DNA of 64,000 bases from a virus, in IMG/VR virus record IMGVR_UViG_3300007102_000044, positions 40,254 through 104,253 of that record, one strand, 5' to 3'. Positions 1 through 8,621 of this stretch are shown here, in pieces (the first letter of the stretch is position 1; each line of letters opens with the position of its first letter). The notes beneath the pieces were generated by a model that was given only the letters and a program-made list of their open reading frames with translations, ran no database searches and was not told the origin of the DNA. Made by a program: the position numbers and the translations under genes.

Positions 1-98
1 CCTGTATTATCACCTTTGATAACTTGTTCTTCTATGATTTCATAAAACATACAAGTATCAACACATTCTTTATGGTCATTAAATGGACAGGTTTTCAT
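1..98 (-). CDS. hypothetical protein, runs off left edge (MKTCPFNDHKECVDTCMF...)
   Basis: ATG at 98 just after ligase stop; frame open to window edge. Confidence 0.5.
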   Translation of the reverse strand, partial: MKTCPFNDHKECVDTCMFYEIIEEQVIKGDNT

Positions 99-100
99 AA

Positions 101-1501
101 TCACCTGTCCAGTTTAAGTTTGTTTGCAATAGGAAATCTCAGAGACCATACATTTTCATCATTTGGTTTATCTGTCAATCCCTGAAATTTAGTTTCAAGT
201 AGTTTGCCTTTTAGATAATCTTTATCATTCTCTTCAATAAAGCTTTCAACAAGAATCTTTTCTTTCATGATATCCATTTTAGCAATTGCAGAACCCGTAA
301 TGTTTAAAAGTTTTGCATCATAATAAGCATTAACAACACTTGAATCTGAATTGAAGTACATCATACGTTCTTTATCAGACCAACCAGAACCACACTCAAA
401 TTCAACAACTTTACCATCAAATTCACCTCTACACTTAACAGCACCAAGCATACCAGCATACTTTTCAGTACCCTCAAGGATACCAATGATTTCAAAATCA
501 TGTTCAATGAACAGTTTATATTTGAGTAGATTGTTTGACCTTGTATTATCATAATGGATTTCTGGATGTCTAAGCATAATACCTTCAAATCCTTGTTCAA
601 CATATTCAATACATTTAGCTTCAATAGCTTTAGGGTCATTTGCAATTGGCTCATATTTAATAGCACGAACTCTATCATGTTCACTTAGAATGCTATTACC
701 AAGCATGTCAGGTTTATCAAGCTGGCTAAGTGTGATATACATATCTTCAGGTTCAATTATACCTTCACCATCAAGAGCAAAAACGATATAATCAATCTTA
801 TTTTTGAGAGTTGGATTCACATTCTTTTCAGTTGTAACAATACTTTGAATTGTTTGAAATGGAACACCGTGTGTATATAGTTCACCATCAATAAGATTAA
901 CATTGAATCTTTCACAAATTTGTTTACATTTAGATTGAATATACTCCATTCCAATGATTTCTTTACCACCCCTAGTAAGTAGTTTATCTTTTTCATAAAG
1001 ATATGTACATCTTAACCCATCAAGTTTAGCACTTGCATAGAACATATTTGTTTTATAGTATGATGGGTCTTTTGAGGGTTCATATTTATTAGCCCTTTGC
1101 ACTTCATGGACTTCAATAATATCACCCATAGCTTTATTAATACTTTTAACATCCATCCCCATCTTTAGATTCTGTTTTAGAATGCATGTATAGATATCAT
1201 AAGCATCCGCATCACATCTATCAAGAAATCCTTTTACAGCGGATTGTGCTGTGTTTCCTGATATGTTTCTGGATGACAGTGCATAAAACAGATTCTTAAA
1301 CTCAATAAGCATACTATATGCATCATTTTCACCATTATTGAACTTTGGAACTTTTTTGATATATGTATTTACATATGGATTATACACCATGTCAAAAAAT
1401 TCTTTAAATAGTTCATCTGATTTATACTTACTCAGTTTTTCAACTTTCTCTTTTGAACTTCTAGTTTCACGAAGTTCTTTAATAACTTCAACAAATTCCA
1501 T
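101..1501 (-). CDS. gp30: ATP-dependent DNA ligase
   Basis: Motifs AKLDGLRC, IDGELY, FEGIMLR, LLKYK; OB-fold ECGSGWSD, LRFP. Confidence 0.95.
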   Translation of the reverse strand: MEFVEVIKELRETRSSKEKVEKLSKYKSDELFKEFFDMVYNPYVNTYIKKVPKFNNGENDAYSMLIEFKNLFYALSSRNISGNTAQSAVKGFLDRCDADAYDIYTCILKQNLKMGMDVKSINKAMGDIIEVHEVQRANKYEPSKDPSYYKTNMFYASAKLDGLRCTYLYEKDKLLTRGGKEIIGMEYIQSKCKQICERFNVNLIDGELYTHGVPFQTIQSIVTTEKNVNPTLKNKIDYIVFALDGEGIIEPEDMYITLSQLDKPDMLGNSILSEHDRVRAIKYEPIANDPKAIEAKCIEYVEQGFEGIMLRHPEIHYDNTRSNNLLKYKLFIEHDFEIIGILEGTEKYAGMLGAVKCRGEFDGKVVEFECGSGWSDKERMMYFNSDSSVVNAYYDAKLLNITGSAIAKMDIMKEKILVESFIEENDKDYLKGKLLETKFQGLTDKPNDENVWSLRFPIANKLKLDR

Positions 1502-1524
1502 TTATTTACCTCCAAATTTTTAAG

Positions 1525-1553
1525 AGTTTATATCATTGTTTCTAGTTTGTCAA
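1525..1553 (-). promoter_or_regulatory. sigma70-type promoter
   Basis: TTGACA-17-TAAACT upstream of ligase. Confidence 0.75.
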
Positions 1554-1583
1554 GGATTTTATTCACATAATCATTATAACTCT

Positions 1584-1769
1584 TTATGCTATATTGCAAC
1601 TTTTCATTATCTTTTTAAGCTCATCTCTTAACTTTTTCAAATCATCTGATGTTATATCATATGGATTTTGAAATATATACTTGAAATCGAACTTGAATGT
1701 ATTAATCTTTAATTCTTTTTGAGTTATAGCATCAAATAATTTATGTCTTTGACTATCAGATAGAATCAT
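1584..1769 (-). CDS. hypothetical protein
   Basis: 61 aa, ATGA-coupled in operon. Confidence 0.6.
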   Translation of the reverse strand: MILSDSQRHKLFDAITQKELKINTFKFDFKYIFQNPYDITSDDLKKLRDELKKIMKSCNIA

Positions 1770-2023
1770 TTTTGAATCCTAATTCTAGCTATTTTATAAT
1801 ATTTAAAAAGTGGATATCTTGGTTTCTCAGTACCAACCCATTCACAAAGACCCACAATCAGAAAAGGTCTTTTAGACCACCATTGGATTTTTCTAAGGAT
1901 TGGATTAGTGTAAATTAGTAATTTAGACCTAAGTGAAAAACTACCATTTTCCCAATTTTTTCTCATATGTCTGTTTTTACACATTAGTTTATATCTTATA
2001 GTATTAATTTTACGTTTAATCAT
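1766..2023 (-). CDS. hypothetical protein
   Basis: 85 aa, tightly packed. Confidence 0.6.
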   Translation of the reverse strand: MIKRKINTIRYKLMCKNRHMRKNWENGSFSLRSKLLIYTNPILRKIQWWSKRPFLIVGLCEWVGTEKPRYPLFKYYKIARIRIQK

Positions 2024-2025
2024 AA

Positions 2026-2349
2026 CTATACTCTAAAAACATTCATATTGCATATTTGTCTTTTTGAACCATGTTCAGGTTCATAATAAACTCCAAATGC
2101 ATTTATTATAATAGCATCATAATAACATATAGAAATTTCATGTGGTTCATCATCATGTAAAACCTTTTTAATCATATGTTTGCTATTCAATATAGACATA
2201 CATTTTTTAACATCATCAGATTCAATCATTTTAAAGATTTCTTCCAACTCTGAAACGATTCCACAACTATCACATGTAAACAGACTATCAAAAATGGGTT
2301 TGCCTTTATCATATTCATTTAAAATTCCTTGAACTACATCATCCATCAT
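2026..2349 (-). CDS. hypothetical protein
   Basis: 107 aa, tightly packed. Confidence 0.6.
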   Translation of the reverse strand: MMDDVVQGILNEYDKGKPIFDSLFTCDSCGIVSELEEIFKMIESDDVKKCMSILNSKHMIKKVLHDDEPHEISICYYDAIIINAFGVYYEPEHGSKRQICNMNVFRV

Positions 2350-2963
2350 TTAACCTCCAATATAAGTCTAATATAGTCTAAATTTTGTCCTATATATTTA
2401 AAATTATACTTTGTTTGGTCTTCTAACCAGTGAATATGATATTCAATAGCATAATCATCAAAACCTCTGAGTAATGGCTGTTCTTGCACGATACCATTAC
2501 AAAGTTTTTCATGCCTTTTAAAATATTCAGCATAGTTAAAAGTTTCTTTAAACTCTTCAGGTGCGTCAACAAATTCAAATATACCACACACCCAAGTTTT
2601 CTTAATCTTACCTATATTATATCTATGTCTAATATCATATTTCTCTTTGTCAGAGTGTTTGATAAAGTCTATATGTGCTTTTTTATTATACGTGACCTTT
2701 TGTTCATCTTTTAACATATTCCATTCATGGAGTAATACAAGCGTGTTATTACGCCTAATCAGGTCATCTTCAGTTAGCTCCATATAAACACCATCAATTA
2801 AGTGCATCTCTTTCCAATGCACAAGATAATATTCGCCCTTTTTATAGAGTATATAACATTCTGGCTGAAGATAGAACTCATGCCAATTTCTATACCCTAT
2901 CCTTTCAAGTGTTTCTCTAACAATACGAAATGAATTTGGTTTTATCTTAATTCCATATTCCAT
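2346..2963 (-). CDS. regA: RegA translational repressor with ~85 aa C-terminal extension
   Basis: VRETLERIG, CYILYKKGEYYLVHWKEM, DLIRRN, YNIGK; T4 synteny downstream of 45-44-62. Confidence 0.85.
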   Translation of the reverse strand: MEYGIKIKPNSFRIVRETLERIGYRNWHEFYLQPECYILYKKGEYYLVHWKEMHLIDGVYMELTEDDLIRRNNTLVLLHEWNMLKDEQKVTYNKKAHIDFIKHSDKEKYDIRHRYNIGKIKKTWVCGIFEFVDAPEEFKETFNYAEYFKRHEKLCNGIVQEQPLLRGFDDYAIEYHIHWLEDQTKYNFKYIGQNLDYIRLILEVK

Positions 2964-3145
2964 TATTCACCGTCTACAATGGTCATATACTGAAGTGGGA
3001 AAGATTCCATAAAAAGTTCATCCCCATTTTCATCAATGAGCATTCCATTATCATTCATTTTAATATATTCACCATCACCCCAATCCGAGCTTTTCAGTTT
3101 TTTACCCGCTAATAGAGCTTCAAAAATATCTCTATAATTATTCAT
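2963..3145 (-). CDS. hypothetical protein
   Basis: 60 aa, coupled. Confidence 0.6.
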   Translation of the reverse strand: MNNYRDIFEALLAGKKLKSSDWGDGEYIKMNDNGMLIDENGDELFMESFPLQYMTIVDGE

Positions 3146-3509
3146 GTTTAAGTCCTCCTGTATTCATAATTTCATAAATCTCAATCAATTGTTCCTCTGT
3201 AAACATCTCTGCATAATCTCTTGCTTCAACATCATCAATGTCATAATATTCTTTTAGCATCTCAATCCATTTATCTGTTTCTTTTTCATCTTTAATATAC
3301 TTAAAGAATCGCCTTTTCTTTGGCATTGCATGTAAATAGAATTGATATTGTGCTTCAACTGGCATATCTGGACACTGATTCATCAAGTTTGCTAAAATCA
3401 TTGTGTCTGGTAACATTGATACAAATCTGTTAATCATAAAAGCATTATACTTTTTCATATCAACATTACCAGTTTTAAATTCAGATATATCCTTCAGTAT
3501 ATCAAACAT
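3138..3509 (-). CDS. gp62: clamp loader small subunit
   Basis: YNAFMINRFVS, MN...QYQFYLHAMPKKRRF; follows gp44. Confidence 0.9.
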   Translation of the reverse strand: MFDILKDISEFKTGNVDMKKYNAFMINRFVSMLPDTMILANLMNQCPDMPVEAQYQFYLHAMPKKRRFFKYIKDEKETDKWIEMLKEYYDIDDVEARDYAEMFTEEQLIEIYEIMNTGGLKHE

Positions 3510-3511
3510 TG

Positions 3512-4474
3512 TTAATCACCATTTATTAATAGTATGACATCCATTATAAAAGCAGTCAAGTTAATCTGTATATCCGCTGAAAACTTTGACTTATATGAAT
3601 GTTCTTCAATCATAAGAGCCATTTGTGGTATAAACTCAGGTTTAACATTCTTGTGAAATGTTTCAAATACATATGAAAAGAACGTATCCGCATCACCATA
3701 TTGCATCACAAATTTTCTAATCTTAGGATAGTTTACACCGTTTTTAACAGCATCATTGATTAGATTATATGTCTCACTCCCGTCAATGATTTTACTTCTA
3801 ACAACATCATAATCACCCAGAATACCTTGCTTATTCAGCTTTTGAGCTTCAATAAGTATCTTTCTCATATCTGGGAAGTATGTAGCCATAAGATGTTTAC
3901 ACACATCTTTATTACAAGGTGCGTTTTCACTTTCAAGTATCTTTACAAACCTAGCATAAAACTGTTTAGCAAGTTTAACTTTGTCATCCTTTGACAATGA
4001 GAATTCGATATCTTCAGTTCTGCTAATAACTGGTTCTGGTAATTTGTCCTTATGATTTGTTATACATATAAAATCAGTTGTAGAAGAAAACTCTTCCATG
4101 AATGATTTTAAACCATCCATTGTGTTAGGAGAAAGCCTATCCATTTCATCCAATATCACAACTTTTTTATCATGTTCAAGACTCATACTATATGCAAAAT
4201 CTTGAATATCCGTTCTAAGGACATCTATACCTGTTTTAACGCTACAATTGATATAAAGAGTGTCATACTCCAAAGTATCAGCTAACACGAATGCAAAGCT
4301 TGTTTTACCAATCCCAGCCCTACCATTTAGGAGTATGCTACCAATGTTTTCACTTTCAATAATATTTTTAGCATACTCTTTAAGGTTATCTGGAATGATT
4401 AGTTCATCAACTGTTTTAGGTCTATATTTATGAATCCATCCTTTGTCATCATAAAACCTTCTTAACAGACTCAT
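3512..4474 (-). CDS. gp44: clamp loader large subunit (RFC-like AAA+)
   Basis: KYRPKTVDE, GRAGIGKTS, ILDEMDRL, ISR, YFPDMRK. Confidence 0.95.
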   Translation of the reverse strand: MSLLRRFYDDKGWIHKYRPKTVDELIIPDNLKEYAKNIIESENIGSILLNGRAGIGKTSFAFVLADTLEYDTLYINCSVKTGIDVLRTDIQDFAYSMSLEHDKKVVILDEMDRLSPNTMDGLKSFMEEFSSTTDFICITNHKDKLPEPVISRTEDIEFSLSKDDKVKLAKQFYARFVKILESENAPCNKDVCKHLMATYFPDMRKILIEAQKLNKQGILGDYDVVRSKIIDGSETYNLINDAVKNGVNYPKIRKFVMQYGDADTFFSYVFETFHKNVKPEFIPQMALMIEEHSYKSKFSADIQINLTAFIMDVILLINGD

Positions 4475-4476
4475 GA

Positions 4477-5145
4477 TTATACCTTGAATCTAGGAACTTT
4501 GTAAACCAGTGGAATATCTTTGTGAATCAGCTTCATATATTTGCTTGTTACCTCACATTTATATGTACCATTGATAATTTTAAATACCTCTGGTGCTGTT
4601 GTGAAATCACATTCACCGTCAAAATCACCCACAATATCAAATTTGATATTATCGTTTTTACCATCTGCATATGCTCTGATAATACCTTTACCATCTTTAA
4701 TATTGATGTTAACTTTTTTAAGTTTCATTACACTAGAAATTTTCATCATTTCTTTGATTTGAGACTCTTCAAAAACAAATGTTGCAATGACATCCGCTTT
4801 ATGTTTCTTGATGTTCTCACTAGGTTTGACTTCATTGGTCTTTCTATCTCTAAGAAAGTTGATAAGTCTGGAATCACTGTAATAATATCTTATAGATGAT
4901 TTTGTTGCTGTGTTTGTAATAACAACACTATCTTCCAGATATTCTACACCATCACCCATTTTAATAAGTCCAAGAAATTCTTTGAGATTGTAAAATGCCA
5001 TAAACGGGAAATTTTCTTCATGGTCATAAGCACCAAAAATTTTATCATCAGCATGACCAGTTTTAAGTGTGTTTGGTTCATCCACTATCATTGAGTTGTT
5101 GATATCTGCAAAATTTTCAAATATCATCTGAGTCGTTTTATCCAT
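4477..5145 (-). CDS. gp45: sliding clamp
   Basis: 222 aa, FENFADINNSM N-terminus, FYNLKEFL; synteny. Confidence 0.8.
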   Translation of the reverse strand: MDKTTQMIFENFADINNSMIVDEPNTLKTGHADDKIFGAYDHEENFPFMAFYNLKEFLGLIKMGDGVEYLEDSVVITNTATKSSIRYYYSDSRLINFLRDRKTNEVKPSENIKKHKADVIATFVFEESQIKEMMKISSVMKLKKVNINIKDGKGIIRAYADGKNDNIKFDIVGDFDGECDFTTAPEVFKIINGTYKCEVTSKYMKLIHKDIPLVYKVPRFKV

Positions 5146-5211
5146 TAATATACCTCCATCATTTTATATATTTCTATCATATTATATCTGTTAATTCAAT
5201 TAACTTTTTGT

Positions 5212-6021
5212 TTATACTGTAAAAGTATCACCTTTTTTAACTATACCAGCAAATCCAGCTTCTTTAACAAATGTATTCATTGCATCATCAATATCTTTGT
5301 TGGTTAGATTGTGATGGTACAGATACATTTTTGATTTGATGTCATCTGGTAATTGTTTGAGTTCATGATATTGAGCATGAACAGAACCTTCATAATTAGC
5401 AAACTCACAATCATAGAAAACCGTGTCTACTTGTTGCATAATGTTTAACATCTGTTCAGTTGGATATTTAGCATCACCAGAAATAAACACATTCTCAAGA
5501 AGTAATGAGAATGAAAACGCATAAGATTTAATATCTTGTGCAAGTTTGTTATGGGTATTAACCTTTGTCGTATATTCTAAATGATTATTTGGGATAAATC
5601 TCACACCACCCAAACTTTTATAAATGTCAAAATATTCTTTAATGGTGACTTTTGATTTGTTTAGAATTTCCAACCCACCTTTAAGGGTGGTTTCCCAAAG
5701 TTCACTTAAAGCTTCTGATGGATAGCCACCAGCTCTTCTTTCACCATAAAACAGGTGTAACTTTTCATCTCTGTTCACCATAAACTTATTATAGAATGCG
5801 AGCCATTCAAGACCACCTACATGGTCTGCGTGTTGATGTGTGATTGCAATACCATCAATATCTTCTGGTTTAATACCAGCTTCAGCAAGTGAAAACTGTA
5901 TATGTGTTCCAGCATCAATTAACAGTTTATAACCATTATCAAATGTTACCACCATATTTGAATGATAATTGACATCTGGTGAAACAAGCCCGCCACCAGA
6001 ACCTAAAAATTTAATTTCCAT
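5212..6021 (-). CDS. apyc1: MBL-fold cyclic-nucleotide phosphodiesterase, Apyc1-like (anti-Pycsar)
   Basis: THQHADHVGG, LLIDAG, ISGD, YDCE...VHA, LYHH; start moved to MEIKF (GGAGG SD). Confidence 0.75.
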   Translation of the reverse strand: MEIKFLGSGGGLVSPDVNYHSNMVVTFDNGYKLLIDAGTHIQFSLAEAGIKPEDIDGIAITHQHADHVGGLEWLAFYNKFMVNRDEKLHLFYGERRAGGYPSEALSELWETTLKGGLEILNKSKVTIKEYFDIYKSLGGVRFIPNNHLEYTTKVNTHNKLAQDIKSYAFSFSLLLENVFISGDAKYPTEQMLNIMQQVDTVFYDCEFANYEGSVHAQYHELKQLPDDIKSKMYLYHHNLTNKDIDDAMNTFVKEAGFAGIVKKGDTFTV

Positions 6022-6053
6022 ATTATAAACCTCCTTCATAATTATATACCCAT

Positions 6054-6082
6054 AATATAACTTATCTAATTATATTTGTCAA
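6054..6082 (-). promoter_or_regulatory. sigma70-type promoter
   Basis: TTGACA-17-TATATT. Confidence 0.8.
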
Positions 6083-6096
6083 TAAGAAAAACAAAA

Positions 6097-6146
6097 CCCC
6101 TTTCAGGGCTGACGTACTTTATCAGTGTACCGCTGTTTGAAAGGGG
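6097..6146 (-). terminator. large-loop stem followed by U-rich tract
   Basis: CCCCTTTCA...TGAAAGGGG then TTTTGTTTTT on minus strand, directly before a -35 box. Confidence 0.55.
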
Positions 6147-6282
6147 AATAACTTTCATAATAACTAATCATTACTTAAATATCAATTTAAGCTGTCTGAA
6201 GCATTACGACACTCTTCTTAGGTTTTTTCTTTTGCTACGCTGGCAATGTTCCTATACATTCCTTTTGTCCACTTATCAGTTA

Positions 6283-6729
6283 TTATGTTCTAATCCTTGT
6301 TGTTTGTCTCTTTCCTGTACTTGTCTTACCTATCTTTGAAAGTCTCTTAGCCTTTTTCTGATATTTTTTGTAAGAAGTTGTCTTTCTATATCGCTTTTGT
6401 TGAAGCTTAATTTTGTTTTTATGCTTACGATATTCTTTTTTACGTTGTATCCAATCTTTTCTGGATATACGATTTTTACGAGGCGCAACAGCTTCTTCCA
6501 TGTCCTCTTCATCATCTTCTTCACCGTCAACAACATCCAGATAATCACCGAGACCATCCATTATTTCATAATACATATCCTGTTGCTCTTCAGGTAAATT
6601 AGTTTCATCAAGGTCAGACATGAATTCATATATAAGCATGTGAAGTTCATCAGCATAATCTTCAGGGCTTATATCAGAACCTTCATCAGACATTTCAAGA
6701 AATAGATTCTTAAAATCTGTGATTTTCAT
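6283..6729 (-). CDS. acidic-N/basic-C late protein, gp68-like prohead core architecture
   Basis: Asp/Glu-rich N half, Lys/Arg-rich C half; LFLE leader; under late promoter. Confidence 0.45.
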   Translation of the reverse strand: MKITDFKNLFLEMSDEGSDISPEDYADELHMLIYEFMSDLDETNLPEEQQDMYYEIMDGLGDYLDVVDGEEDDEEDMEEAVAPRKNRISRKDWIQRKKEYRKHKNKIKLQQKRYRKTTSYKKYQKKAKRLSKIGKTSTGKRQTTRIRT

Positions 6730-7049
6730 TAGTCCATCTCTTCTTCTTTATCTTTCATACCTTCACCATCTTCATCGTCTTCTTCATCTTCCATATCTTT
6801 TTCTTCTGAAACAGTTCCATCCATACCAGATTGAAGTTTGTCAGCGAAATCCATGTTAGACATTGTTACCATTGAACCAGTTTGAGTGTTTTTAAGTACA
6901 ACACCAGCATCAGTGATAGAATCAATAATCATTTTTACTGTTTGACCATCAACATTCATAAGAACGCTGTTACCAATATAAAAAACTTGTCCTTTAGCAA
7001 CAACTGAACTCATATTAGCTTCTTTAATAATATCTCTTACTTTCTTCAT
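6729..7049 (-). CDS. late protein with acidic tail, gp67-like
   Basis: IIKE leader, EEKDMEDEEDDED tail; GATAAATA upstream. Confidence 0.4.
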   Translation of the reverse strand: MKKVRDIIKEANMSSVVAKGQVFYIGNSVLMNVDGQTVKMIIDSITDAGVVLKNTQTGSMVTMSNMDFADKLQSGMDGTVSEEKDMEDEEDDEDGEGMKDKEEEMD

Positions 7050-7081
7050 TAAAATAATTCTCCTTAAAATAATTCTTTTTA

Positions 7082-7288
7082 TTATTTATCTTTTTGATAG
7101 TTTCTAAACCTTCTTTTCTTGCTATATTTTTTAGAGTCTGCTTTAACATATTTCTTACGTCCGTAATGTTTTACAACTTCATGGTCATATGCATCATGCA
7201 CAACATTTTTAGTTGCAATCTCAGTAAGCAATTCTTTTGGTAAAGCCATTTTACCATCAATCAAAATAATAGCACGTTTTTTGTCCAT
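7082..7288 (-). CDS. small basic hypothetical protein
   Basis: 68 aa; overlaps upstream gene by 32 nt; weak SD. Confidence 0.4.
   Translation of the reverse strand: MDKKRAIILIDGKMALPKELLTEIATKNVVHDAYDHEVVKHYGRKKYVKADSKKYSKKRRFRNYQKDK
7083..7090 (-). promoter_or_regulatory. gp55-type late promoter
   Basis: GATAAATA before SD of 6729..7049. Confidence 0.7.
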
Positions 7289-7847
7289 TTTCGTCTTCTC
7301 TCAATTCAATTTCACTCTTTTTGATAGAGTCAATTTTAGATTGTATATTCTTTGTTCTAGCTGGGAAAATCATCCCCATATCATACCCATTAAAATGACA
7401 TCCCGTGATATAAATAAATTTAGCATCACCATAGTAAATTCCACAGGCATCATTATCTTCTTTACCACATTCGAAAATTGAATTCTCTGCTTTAATGATA
7501 GAATTATTATCACAATGAAGTGCATTTCCACCATTAGTATTGATTGAATCATTCTCAACCTGTAATACAGAATTATAAGGTATTATACCTTTGCAATTAA
7601 CATAACTATTGAAAATACATAGTTTTGAATCATGTTCAGTAATAACATCATCAATGTCAATTTTACATTCATCAAAAACCACTTTGGCATTTTCAAGTTT
7701 CATACCATCCAACGCAATGACCTCAACATCATAAAATGATTTAAATGTGTTCTTAATTTTACCGTTCAGGATAAACCCATAATTGAGTTTGTAATGCCAA
7801 ATAAGACACATAATCCCTACCACCATTAATACATCCATAAAATTCAT
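7257..7847 (-). CDS. membrane-anchored protein with parallel beta-helix-like repeats
   Basis: N-terminal hydrophobic helix; GNALHC, NSIF, GIYY, ITGCHFNG strands. Confidence 0.5.
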   Translation of the reverse strand: MNFMDVLMVVGIMCLIWHYKLNYGFILNGKIKNTFKSFYDVEVIALDGMKLENAKVVFDECKIDIDDVITEHDSKLCIFNSYVNCKGIIPYNSVLQVENDSINTNGGNALHCDNNSIIKAENSIFECGKEDNDACGIYYGDAKFIYITGCHFNGYDMGMIFPARTKNIQSKIDSIKKSEIELREDENGQKTCYYFD

Positions 7848-7865
7848 AAAACCTCCTTAAAAATT

Positions 7866-7885
7866 GAGGGGTGTTAACCCCTCAT
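7866..7885 (-). terminator. intrinsic terminator hairpin
   Basis: TGAGGGG-tgttaa-CCCCTCA then ATTTT. Confidence 0.7.
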
Positions 7886-7887
7886 AA

Positions 7888-8496
7888 TTATTTCTTTAAA
7901 CATTTCTCACAAGTAACTGGATAGTCATCTGGAAGCACATAGAGTGCCGACTCAATCATGGTATCAAGAAACTTCTGAGAACCACAACTTATGCTGACTA
8001 TGTATTCTATAGAACCATCATCCATTGTACAAACATATCCACTTCCTTTGTGAGTTTTAGAACCATACATTCCAACAGCAACTTTGAATTTACTAGCAAC
8101 TTGTTTGAGTATCACTCTTTTATCTCTAACAATGTGTGGTGTTACCCTGTATTCTGCGAGTGGGTCAACTTTAGGTCTCTTTGTTGTCACTGGTATGTTT
8201 TTGATTTCTTCATTAACCTGACCATATTCTTCAGCAATTGCTTTCATAGCTTTACCAGCTTCAACAATAGGCTCATACGAGATTTCTTTTATCATCTTTT
8301 CTATACGCTTGATATAAGAATTAGTTGTGTGAAGTGCTGGTGATGTGTAATAGACATCCTGTATTATATCATTAAACTGAAGCTCTTCAGGTAATTCAAA
8401 ACTTCTAAGAACATTTCTATGTTCTCTCATCTCTTTTTCGAATGCTCTGTTGTACTTGTCTTTAAGCTCTTTAATTTCAGATTTCAGCATAGTCAA
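7888..8496 (-). CDS. hypothetical protein
   Basis: 202 aa, own promoter, C-terminal CEKC. Confidence 0.7.
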   Translation of the reverse strand: MTMLKSEIKELKDKYNRAFEKEMREHRNVLRSFELPEELQFNDIIQDVYYTSPALHTTNSYIKRIEKMIKEISYEPIVEAGKAMKAIAEEYGQVNEEIKNIPVTTKRPKVDPLAEYRVTPHIVRDKRVILKQVASKFKVAVGMYGSKTHKGSGYVCTMDDGSIEYIVSISCGSQKFLDTMIESALYVLPDDYPVTCEKCLKK

Positions 8497-8528
8497 ACCT
8501 CATATTTATTAATTAGCCTTACATAATA

Positions 8529-8557
8529 AAGATAATACACTTTATATATGTTGTCAA
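8529..8557 (-). promoter_or_regulatory. sigma70-type promoter
   Basis: TTGACA-17-TATCTT. Confidence 0.75.
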
Positions 8558-8570
8558 GCCTTAAAATGAA

Positions 8571-8595
8571 AAAAGTGGGAATAAATCCCACTTTT
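8571..8595. terminator. intrinsic terminator hairpin
   Basis: AAAAGTGGGA-ataaa-TCCCACTTTT perfect 10-bp stem. Confidence 0.8.
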
Positions 8596-8621
8596 AAAAT
8601 TCATCCACTCCACCCATAACA

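Noticed and set aside
6100-6145. Hammerhead ribozyme
   Set aside because: The core reads CUGAUAA rather than CUGANGA, and the three-stem geometry is absent.
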